Shown: in pieces, positions 56,611 through 64,000 of the stretch
How the letters are laid out: the number at the start of each line of letters is the position of its first letter
How positions within the stretch are numbered: the first letter of the stretch is position 1
From: a virus
Reading direction: 5' to 3' (one strand)
DNA length: 64,000 nt
IMG/VR virus record: IMGVR_UViG_3300031616_000001
Span: 54,180-118,179 of that record
Program-made: the position numbers and the translations under genes
The notes under the pieces: generated by a model
The model's input: the letters and a program-made list of their open reading frames with translations, nothing else
Told to the model about the DNA's origin: nothing
Databases searched by the model: none

Positions 56611-57293
56611 TGAAGGTCTACATCGGTCACGACACCCGCGAGCAACCGGCCGTCGACGTGGCGTTGCGCACGCTCCTGAAGGTCAGCGGCATCGAAGCCG
56701 AACTGCTGTGCGCTGACCGGCTGCGCGACGCCGGCATGCTGTCGCGCATCAGCGATCACCGCGGCGGCCAGTCGTACGACCTGGTGAGCAACGCACCGAA
56801 ATCGACGTCGTTCGCTGTCTCGCGCTTCCTGACGCCACTGCTCTGCCAGGGCGGCTGGGCACTGTTCGCCGACTGCGACGTCGTGTTCGCCCGCGACCCG
56901 CACGAGATGCTGGCAGAGATCGAGCCCGGCAAGGCGGTCTACGTGGTCAAGCATGAGTACCTGCCGGCCGGCGACACCAAGATGGTCGACCAGGTGCAGA
57001 CGGTCTACCCACGCAAGAACTGGTCGAGCGTGATGCTGTTCGACGTCGACCATCCGGCAAACCGCCGGCTCTCGCTGCACGACATCAACACCCGGCCGGG
57101 CCGCGACCTGCACCGGATGTACTGGCTCAACGACCACGAGATCGGTGAGTTGGACCCGGCCTGGAACTGGCTCGTCGACTGCCAGGCGCGGCCGGCGAAT
57201 CTCGGCATCGCCCATATGACTCTCGGCGGCCCCTGGCTGCCCGGTTGGCAGGGCGGCTCATTCGATGCCGAGTGGCAGAAGGAAGCACCATGA
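56610..57293 (+). CDS. GT8-like glycosyltransferase
   Basis: VYIGHDTRE, SRFL, LFADCD, YPRKNWSS, WNWL, HMTLGGPW. Confidence 0.8.
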   Translation: MKVYIGHDTREQPAVDVALRTLLKVSGIEAELLCADRLRDAGMLSRISDHRGGQSYDLVSNAPKSTSFAVSRFLTPLLCQGGWALFADCDVVFARDPHEMLAEIEPGKAVYVVKHEYLPAGDTKMVDQVQTVYPRKNWSSVMLFDVDHPANRRLSLHDINTRPGRDLHRMYWLNDHEIGELDPAWNWLVDCQARPANLGIAHMTLGGPWLPGWQGGSFDAEWQKEAP

Positions 57294-57895
57294 AGATCAT
57301 CGCGCCCGCAACCGCTGAGCCGATCTCGCTCGAGCTCGCGCGCCGGCAGTGTCGGGTCGATGCAGAAGGCAGCCCGCCGGTGCACATCGACGACGACCTG
57401 ATCATGATGTACGTCAGCGCGGCGCGCGAGTGGTGCGAGATGTACTTGGGCACGAACATCGCGCCCGCAACCGCCGAGATTCGCCTGTCCGCGTTCCCGA
57501 CCGCCGAGATCACACTGGAGTCGGGCCCGGTGCTCGGCGTGCTGCAAATCACCTATCTGGACGTCGACAGCGCCGAGCAACTGGTACCGGACACCGTCTA
57601 CGAGCTCGACTCGACTGGCCAGGTCGCGGTGATTCGCCTGCGCGCCGACCAGAGCTGGCCGGACACCGATGCCAGCAACAACAACGTCAGCATCCAGTAT
57701 TCGATCGGCTACTCGCTGCCGGGAACGAGCCCGCAAGACGCGCCGCTGCCGAAGTCGATTCAGATCGCCATCCTGCTGCTGACGTCGCATCTCTACAAGC
57801 ATCGCGACAGCACCACAGAGGTCGCGCTGGCGGAGATCCCGATGGGCGTGAAGTTCTTCCTGTTTCCGTTCCGCCTCAAGTTGGGGTTCGCGTGA
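57290..57895 (+). CDS. head-tail connector (gp6-like)
   Basis: EPISLELARRQCRVD, DDLIMMYVSAARE, AILLLTSHLYKHR. Confidence 0.9.
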   Translation: MKIIAPATAEPISLELARRQCRVDAEGSPPVHIDDDLIMMYVSAAREWCEMYLGTNIAPATAEIRLSAFPTAEITLESGPVLGVLQITYLDVDSAEQLVPDTVYELDSTGQVAVIRLRADQSWPDTDASNNNVSIQYSIGYSLPGTSPQDAPLPKSIQIAILLLTSHLYKHRDSTTEVALAEIPMGVKFFLFPFRLKLGFA

Positions 57896-58242
57896 CAGTC
57901 GCCGGCGATCTCACCGAGCGCATCTACCTGCAGCAGCGTGATCCCGCGGTAGGCGCGCTGCGTGAGCAGGCAAAGAGCTGGGTCATGTTCACGCCGAACG
58001 GCATCTGGTCGTCACGGCCGTTCGCACCGCGCGGCCGCGAGTTCTTCGCCGGCGGCCAGGAGCAGGCCGAGGCGACGCTGGCCTTCCGGATCCGGTACCG
58101 GACCGACGTGACGACGAAGATGCGCCTGCTGCACAACGGGCAGCCATACGACATCACCGTGATCAATCCGGTGCGCGGCGGCAAGGAGTTTGTCGATCTC
58201 ATCTGCAAGGCCGGCGTGCGCGACGGACGGGTGACGTCGTGA
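57892..58242 (+). CDS. head closure protein
   Basis: GDLTERI, GREFF, RIRYRTDVTTKMRL. Confidence 0.88.
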   Translation: MTVAGDLTERIYLQQRDPAVGALREQAKSWVMFTPNGIWSSRPFAPRGREFFAGGQEQAEATLAFRIRYRTDVTTKMRLLHNGQPYDITVINPVRGGKEFVDLICKAGVRDGRVTS

Positions 58243-58733
58243 CGAAGCTCTACGACGTCGTCGTCAAAGGCCTCGACAGCGCGCGTGCGCGGCTGCTGAG
58301 CATGGCGCCGACCATCCGCCGCAAGTTCGCGCGCAAGGCACTGCGCAAGGGCGCCGAGCTCGTCAAGAAGTTGGCGGCCTCGCCGAGTGTCGTGCCGGTG
58401 CTCGGTCGCCCCATCTACCGGCGCGGCGTGATGATCCGCAAGCCCGGCACGCTGCGCGATGCCATCCAGATTCGCAACAGCAAGGACACGAACAGGACCG
58501 GCGACGTTGGCGTGTTCGTGAACGTGAAGCCAGCCAAGGGCGGCGACCGCGGCAAATACAGCCCGAACGACCCCTACTATTGGCGCTGGGTGATGTTCCG
58601 CACAAAGACGAATCAAAACCCACGTCCATTTCTCCAAATCGGCGCTACACAACTTGAAGGTCCTGCACTCGCAGAGATTGAGAAGTCTCTCGCGCAAGAC
58701 CTGCCGACACTCAATCAAGGAACGTTGTTCTGA
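58239..58733 (+). CDS. HK97 gp10-like tail completion protein
   Basis: VKGLD, RKALRKGA, GTLRDAI, YYWRW, RPFL. Confidence 0.8.
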   Translation: MTKLYDVVVKGLDSARARLLSMAPTIRRKFARKALRKGAELVKKLAASPSVVPVLGRPIYRRGVMIRKPGTLRDAIQIRNSKDTNRTGDVGVFVNVKPAKGGDRGKYSPNDPYYWRWVMFRTKTNQNPRPFLQIGATQLEGPALAEIEKSLAQDLPTLNQGTLF

Positions 58734-58738
58734 AGCAA

Positions 58739-59386
58739 ATGAAGCGCTGCGGCATCTACCTGATCACGCACATCCTTACTGGCCGCACCTACGTTGGTCA
58801 GAGTAGCGACATCGCTCGGAGATGGCGTGAACACGCAACAGGGCATGTCAGTAGCAAGGGGCACCTTAGTGCTGCGATTGCGAAGCATGGGTGGCCAGCG
58901 TTTGAGACGCGAGTAATCGAGCAGTGCAAGCGCGGTGCGCTGAATGAGGCCGAGCGACGATGGATCGCGCATCTGAACACGCAGCACCCACACGGCTACA
59001 ACCTATCAAGTGGGGGCGGTCAAGGAACCGTCGTATCTGAGGTGACGAGAGCGAAGATGTCGGCGTCGAAAAAAGGCGTACCGAAGTCCGCAGAGTGGCG
59101 CGCGAAGATGTCAGAGCGCCAGCGCAATCCGGAGAACATCGCACGCATGACGGCACTGGCACGCAATCAGAGCGCCGAGACCCGCTCGAGGATATCGGCG
59201 GCGAACAGCGGCAGAGTTCGCTCCACTGAAGTCAGGCAGCGAATATCCGCGACGAAGCGAGCACAGAACGCGGCGCTGCCGAAACGCGTCACGAGTGCCG
59301 AGGTGAAGGCAAAAATGTCCGTCTCTGCGAAAGCATGGCGTGAACTCAAACGCGTGGCCATGGCCAGCGAAAACCAAGGAGTCTGA
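58739..59386 (+). CDS. GIY-YIG homing endonuclease with NUMOD3-like repeats
   Basis: GIYLI..YVGQS..RW..H, GYN, TRAKMS repeats. Confidence 0.9.
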   Translation: MKRCGIYLITHILTGRTYVGQSSDIARRWREHATGHVSSKGHLSAAIAKHGWPAFETRVIEQCKRGALNEAERRWIAHLNTQHPHGYNLSSGGGQGTVVSEVTRAKMSASKKGVPKSAEWRAKMSERQRNPENIARMTALARNQSAETRSRISAANSGRVRSTEVRQRISATKRAQNAALPKRVTSAEVKAKMSVSAKAWRELKRVAMASENQGV

Positions 59387-59387
59387 C

Positions 59388-59756
59388 GTGGCAGGCTGGG
59401 ACCAAATCATGGCGGCGCTCAGCGGCAGCCCGCTGCCGACATCGGCAGGCGACAAGATCCGCGTCGACCAGGCGAACGATGCCGACAGCTATCCGTTTGT
59501 GGTTGGCCACAGCGTGTCCACGGAGCGCGCGCGCGGCCTTGACGGCACGCTGCTCTACGTGAAAGAGACGTTCCATCTCGAGTGCTGGGGAGAGACGCGC
59601 GAGCTCGCCAACGTGTTGGAGACCGAGGTCGTCGATGCGCTCATCGCCGCCGGCCTCTATACCGACCCGAACGGCCCCGATGGCTTCGATCCGACCCTCG
59701 ACGTGCGCTGCGTGGACCTTTTCGTTCCGACGTGGATCACGCCGGAAATTCCCTGA
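59388..59756 (+). CDS. tail terminator (DUF3168-like)
   Basis: Position; YPFVV, LDG, FHLECW. Confidence 0.65.
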   Translation: MAGWDQIMAALSGSPLPTSAGDKIRVDQANDADSYPFVVGHSVSTERARGLDGTLLYVKETFHLECWGETRELANVLETEVVDALIAAGLYTDPNGPDGFDPTLDVRCVDLFVPTWITPEIP

Positions 59757-59762
59757 CTGGAA

Positions 59763-60077
59763 ATGACGATGCGATATGCCACCGACAGAAGCGACCCGGG
59801 GTATGCGAACTACCGGCGGGCGATGCCGTGCCGTGTGTACCTTGACGGCGTCGAGATCAAGCACTGCTTCATGGCAGACGAAGAGGCCGGAGAGATCCAC
59901 GCTGGCTGCCAGGACGCTGCCGGCAAGCTCTTCCTCGACCCGGTGCTCGGCAAGGTCAAAACGCAGACGCTGCGCGGCCACGTTCGCGTTGTCGCCGGCG
60001 ATGGCTCCGTCGCCGCAAAGCAGCCGGCCTGGATGCCGGCCAACAAACCCGGGCGGACCCATCCGCCCATGAACTGA
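59763..60077 (+). CDS. hypothetical protein
   Basis: VYLDGVEI..ADEEAG..GHVRV. Confidence 0.55.
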   Translation: MTMRYATDRSDPGYANYRRAMPCRVYLDGVEIKHCFMADEEAGEIHAGCQDAAGKLFLDPVLGKVKTQTLRGHVRVVAGDGSVAAKQPAWMPANKPGRTHPPMN

Positions 60078-60259
60078 CTTCCTTCCCCGCCTCGTGCCCA
60101 GCAGTTGCCGACTAGCTTGCTGTTCTGACGTCAGTCAATGGCCTTGGGGAATATCCAGCGGAGTGGTGAGAGAACCGCCGCATGCAGCGACGCGAGTGAA
60201 CGTGCTGATCCCACCTCCGGGGATCAAGCGGCGGGCGCTGCAACCATCGAATTCATCAG

Positions 60260-60336
60260 CGCGGAGTAGAGCAGCACGGTAGCTCGCAAGGCTCATAACC
60301 TTGAGGTCGAACGTTCAAATCGTTCCTCCGCACCCA
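60260..60336 (+). tRNA. tRNA-Met(CAT), initiator-like
   Basis: Cloverleaf; CAAGG-CTCATAA-CCTTG; C1:A72 mismatch; encoded CCA. Confidence 0.9.
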
Positions 60337-60343
60337 TCCCCAG

Positions 60344-60372
60344 CAGGCCGCCTTCGGGCGGCTTTTTCGTTT
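60344..60372 (+). terminator. rho-independent terminator
   Basis: GGCCGCC-TTCG-GGCGGCT-TTTT. Confidence 0.8.
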
Positions 60373-60425
60373 CCGAAACCCGCCGGCCATGTGCCGGCTT
60401 TCCTACGTCTTGAAAGGCGAATGTC

Positions 60426-61088
60426 ATGAGCAATGAAATCATCCTTGGCGCCGGCGTTCGCGTCGAAATCGGCTCGACCGAAGGTGCGCCGGTGACCATC
60501 ACGGGCGTCGATCTGGCGAACCCGTCGGTTGCGCACGCCGCCAGCCACGGTCTCGCGATCGGCAGCGCTGGCTACTTCGACGAAGTCGTCGGCATGGACC
60601 CGCTCGATGGGCAAGCCGCACGCGTCGGTTCCGCGGGCTCGCCGACGGCAGACGCCTTCGGCCTCGAGGACATCGACACCACGCAGTACCCGGACTTCGT
60701 CTCCGGAGTCTTCGTGCCGATCACCGCATGGTCGACGCTCTCGCAGTCGACGCAGTACCAGCTGGGCGGCGGCGCCGGCAAGACGGAAGACGTCGGCACG
60801 CTGATCGACACCACGGAGAAGCTGCTGACCATCAAGAACGCTGCCGAGACCGTGACGATCGACATCCGTTCGCTCAAGGTCGACAACGCGGCGCTCGCGA
60901 AGATCCGGCAGGTCGCGCGTCAACTCGGCTTCCTGGTGTTCCGCATCACGCTGCCCGGCGGCGCGCAGCGCCTGTTCCGTGGTCAGCCGTCGATCCCCGG
61001 CGAGTCCGTGCAGCAAGGTGCCACCGGCACCGGCCAGCTGAGCGTGACCATCCGCGGTCGCGTCGTGTACCTGGGTGAGACCGCCTGA
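60426..61088 (+). CDS. major tail tube protein
   Basis: ITGVDLANPSVA..HGL, LEDIDTT, RITLPGG; position before the chaperones. Confidence 0.85.
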   Translation: MSNEIILGAGVRVEIGSTEGAPVTITGVDLANPSVAHAASHGLAIGSAGYFDEVVGMDPLDGQAARVGSAGSPTADAFGLEDIDTTQYPDFVSGVFVPITAWSTLSQSTQYQLGGGAGKTEDVGTLIDTTEKLLTIKNAAETVTIDIRSLKVDNAALAKIRQVARQLGFLVFRITLPGGAQRLFRGQPSIPGESVQQGATGTGQLSVTIRGRVVYLGETA

Positions 61089-61474
61089 TGAGCGGCGCCA
61101 AGGACCTGCTCGCGAAGCTGCGCCGCAGCCGCGAGTTCAAGTGCGACCTCGGCAACGGCCTCTCGGTCACCTGCATGCGTCCATCGGAGAGCGAAGTGGC
61201 TCGGATGACGAAGCCGGTGGCCGGGGAGGCCGACAAGTACACCATCCACGTCGAAGACGAGCACGTGCGCGATTGCGTGGTCGGCTGGGATGGATTCTCC
61301 GAGGCCGCGATTCTCGGCGCGGCAGTCGGCTCGTCCGATCCAATCGAGTTCGACCGCGATCTGTGGGCGGAGCTCGCCGGCGACCGGCGCATGTGGTTCT
61401 ACACGGTGGCCGGGAAGATGCTCGAGGCCATCGTCGCCCACAACGAACAGCGGGCCGCAGCTGCAAAAAACTGA
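61088..61474 (+). CDS. tail assembly chaperone (G)
   Basis: VVGWDG; ends GCA AAA AAC TGA. Confidence 0.8.
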   Translation: MSGAKDLLAKLRRSREFKCDLGNGLSVTCMRPSESEVARMTKPVAGEADKYTIHVEDEHVRDCVVGWDGFSEAAILGAAVGSSDPIEFDRDLWAELAGDRRMWFYTVAGKMLEAIVAHNEQRAAAAKN

Positions 61475-61719
61475 AGGCCCGGCTTGACGTTCAAGCCGGG
61501 GTCATCTTCGACGGCGCGCAGCCGCAGTTCATCGCCGACGACGACTTCGCGCTCATCGCGTGGAACCTCCTCGTCGACGGCATGGGCGGCATCAACTGGG
61601 CCGGCTTCGAGCTCGTGGCGGCCAAGCTGGGCATCGAGGACCTCGATGCCCTCATGGATCGTCTGCTGATCATCAAGACACACAAGGGACCAGATGAACT
61701 CAAACCGCCTTCCGCGTGA
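61465..61719 (+). CDS. tail assembly chaperone -1 frameshift extension (GT)
   Basis: Slippery A AAA AAC into an open -1 frame ending ...MGGINWAGF... Confidence 0.75.
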   Translation, partial: KKLKARLDVQAGVIFDGAQPQFIADDDFALIAWNLLVDGMGGINWAGFELVAAKLGIEDLDALMDRLLIIKTHKGPDELKPPSA

Positions 61720-61737
61720 TGGCAGCGAGAGCATGAC

Positions 61738-64000
61738 GTGAGTCTCGCCAGTCTTACCGTCGACCTGACGCTTGGCCTCGCCAAGTTCGAAGGCGACAGC
61801 GGCAAAGCCGCGCAGATCATCACGCGCGACTCCGAGAAGATGTCGCGTGCTGCACGCACCGTCGAAGCCGCGCTCCAGAAGCAAGCCGACCAGGCCGGCC
61901 GTACGCAGGGCGAGTACCTCGCGTTGCAGGCGGCGCAGGCCGGCCTCGGCGAGAGCGCGCAGCGGCTGGTCGCGATCATCGAGCGCAGCGGATCCGTCAG
62001 CGCAACCGCGGGGGGCTCTGCGGCTGCCGGCTTTGCCGCGGCTTCCGCGGCCGCCGATGCGTCGGTCAGCAAGCAGCGCGCGCTCAACGCCGAGCTCGTG
62101 CAGAGCATCCTGCAGGTCAACGCGGCCTACGAGGCACGGCGCACGGCGATCGCCGCGCAGGGATCGTCGGGTGCCATCAACACCGACCAGCTGAAATCGC
62201 AACTCGGCGGCCTCAAGGCGGCGCGCGACGACGCCATCGCGCAGCTGAAGACGGCGGCCGCGCAGAAGCAGGCCGAGAACGATCTCGCCGCCACGGCCGC
62301 CGCCGCGGCCGAGGTGCGCCGCACGGCAGCGCAGAAGATCATCGACGCGCAGAACGGCCTGACGGCGTCATATCGCGCGCAACTCGCGGCGCTGCGCGAG
62401 CTCCGCGATGCTGGCAGCATCACGCCGGCCCAGTTCAAACAAGCCGGTACCGACCTGGTTGCCAAGCAGCCGGCCACGCAGCAACGCGCGCAGGAGGAGG
62501 CCGCCGCTAAGGCTGTGGCTGATGCCGAGGACGAGGCGGCCAATCGGCGCATCGCCGCGTTCTCCAAGTTGCGTGACGCCGTCAGCAAGTCGGTCTACAA
62601 ATCCCAAGTCGAACAGCAGGAAGCGGCAAAGGCGACGGCCGCAGCCGACGAGGCATCGGTAGCGCGTCGCATCGCCGCCTTCGAGAAGCTGCGGGCCACC
62701 GTAGCTGAACTGACCTTCAAGCAGTCGCGCAGCGGCGCGGCCGCCGAAAGCCAGACGTCCGCCAAGGCAGCGGTATCGACGATCTCCGAGTCGTCGACGG
62801 CGACGGCGGCCGCGCAGTCGCGCGTCTACGCGGCTTTCCTGGTTGCTCAAGCCGCGGCCGTCGACCAGGTCGCGCAGGCCGAAGCCCGCGAGGCCGAGAT
62901 CTCGAAGTCAGTGGCACAGGCCAGCGAGTCGGCGCGCAGCGCACAGCTCGCGCAGTACCAGACGAAGACGGCGTTCATCGCCGCCGTGAACGAAGAAGCG
63001 GCCGCACTGTTCCGCACCCGCGAGGCGCAGCGCCAACTCGATGCCGAGCGCGCCGGCGTCAGCTCCCAGCAGGCGGCGCAACTCGCGAAGTTCGCCGAAG
63101 ACCGCCAGTTCACGTCAGGCATCTACAAGCAGATCGACGCGCAGCAGCAGCTGGCCGACCAGTTCGGCAAGACCGCTGTGCAGATCCTGCGCGAGGAGGC
63201 CGCGCAGCGCGGCCTGACGAACACGACGGCGAGCGCGATCGGCCGCCTCGAGGCGCTGGCCGCCGCCAACAACGCGGCAGCCGAGGCTGCCACCCGTCGC
63301 AAGGCGGCCGATGCGTTTGTCGCCAGCACGAACAGTCTGGGCGCGCAGATCAACACCGACGGCACGCAGAAGTCGCGCTCGGAACTGCTGGCGCTGCAGG
63401 CCGCGGAGCTCGGCGTCACCGAACAGACGAAGGCAGCGATCGACAAGCTCGCCTTGCTGGACGGCAGGACGGGCCAACTCGGCAAGAACGTCTTCGCAAC
63501 GCGGAACCAGCTGCTGACACTGAAGTACACGCTGTCCGACGTGGTCGCGTCTGCCGCATCCGGCATCTCACCGCTGACCATCCTGCTGCAACAAGGCGGA
63601 CAGGTCGCGCAGATCGAAGGTGGCGTCGGCGGGCTGTTCAAGACGGTGACCTCGCTGATCACGCCATTCCGCCTGGCTGTCGGCGCGTCGGCGGCGGCCA
63701 TCGCCGGTCTGGGCTACGTGTTCTACGAGGGCTCGAAGCAGAGCAAGGTATTCGCCGACTCGATCACGCTGACCGGCGGCTACGCCGGCAAGACCGAGGG
63801 GCAATTCAACCAGCTGGCGAAGAACGTCGCCGCCAGCGGCCAGGTCACGATCGCTGCGGCGCGCGAGTTCGGCCAGGCGCTGATCAGTACCGGCCAGGTC
63901 GGCCCGCAGGTGCTCGAGTCGGCCACGGCAGCCGCGGCAAAGTACGGCGAGGCCACGGGCAAGAGCGCCAAGGAGGTCGCGGCGGACTACGCCGGCATGG
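61738..64000 (+). CDS. tail tape measure protein, 3'-partial
   Basis: MSLASLTVDL..KF; Ala-rich helices; SPLTILLQQGGQ; runs off the window. Confidence 0.9.
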   Translation, partial: MSLASLTVDLTLGLAKFEGDSGKAAQIITRDSEKMSRAARTVEAALQKQADQAGRTQGEYLALQAAQAGLGESAQRLVAIIERSGSVSATAGGSAAAGFAAASAAADASVSKQRALNAELVQSILQVNAAYEARRTAIAAQGSSGAINTDQLKSQLGGLKAARDDAIAQLKTAAAQKQAENDLAATAAAAAEVRRTAAQKIIDAQNGLTASYRAQLAALRELRDAGSITPAQFKQAGTDLVAKQPATQQRAQEEAAAKAVADAEDEAANRRIAAFSKLRDAVSKSVYKSQVEQQEAAKATAAADEASVARRIAAFEKLRATVAELTFKQSRSGAAAESQTSAKAAVSTISESSTATAAAQSRVYAAFLVAQAAAVDQVAQAEAREAEISKSVAQASESARSAQLAQYQTKTAFIAAVNEEAAALFRTREAQRQLDAERAGVSSQQAAQLAKFAEDRQFTSGIYKQIDAQQQLADQFGKTAVQILREEAAQRGLTNTTASAIGRLEALAAANNAAAEAATRRKAADAFVASTNSLGAQINTDGTQKSRSELLALQAAELGVTEQTKAAIDKLALLDGRTGQLGKNVFATRNQLLTLKYTLSDVVASAASGISPLTILLQQGGQVAQIEGGVGGLFKTVTSLITPFRLAVGASAAAIAGLGYVFYEGSKQSKVFADSITLTGGYAGKTEGQFNQLAKNVAASGQVTIAAAREFGQALISTGQVGPQVLESATAAAAKYGEATGKSAKEVAADYAGM

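Noticed and set aside
1-64000. Integron integrase, phage integrase or reverse transcriptase (DGR/retron)
   Set aside because: No tyrosine-recombinase or RT motifs were recognised in any ORF; they could lie outside the window.

Overview
This window is a high-GC tailed-phage or prophage segment with an HK97-type head and a siphovirus-like tail; a betaproteobacterial-like host is an inference. Layout: (1) 1-9.9 kb, + strand: DNA methylase, HNH nucleases, DUF1376/YdaU replication initiator with iterons, RusA-like resolvase, acyl carrier protein and a Q-like regulator. (2) 9.9-13.5 kb: five non-coding RNA units that share a closing stem, a 5'-YAMK/GAYUY-3' internal loop and a UACAYG motif but carry different cargo (three are tRNA-derived, one of them circularly permuted), followed by a divergent Ro60/TROVE-vWA-like protein, a zinc ribbon and an RlaP-type nucleotidyltransferase. 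This is the best candidate for an undescribed RNA-based system. (3) 13.5-17.6 kb: small ORFs, including an integrase-less array of integron attC sites whose genes run antisense to the sites. (4) 17.7-32.7 kb, - strand early region (AAA ATPase, DUF3560-MTase, RHH-like protein) carrying about 20 co-oriented copies of GAWTGCGTAG..GGGG. (5) 33.4-64 kb: HNH, terminases, protease-capsid fusion, portal, then a ~17 kb insert (1837-aa Ser/Thr/Gly repeat protein, SGNH protein, about six glycosyltransferase-like and three methyltransferase genes), head-tail genes, tRNA-Met, tail tube, frameshifting chaperones and a tape measure gene that runs off the end. All calls come from reading the sequence and motifs by eye; no searches were run.
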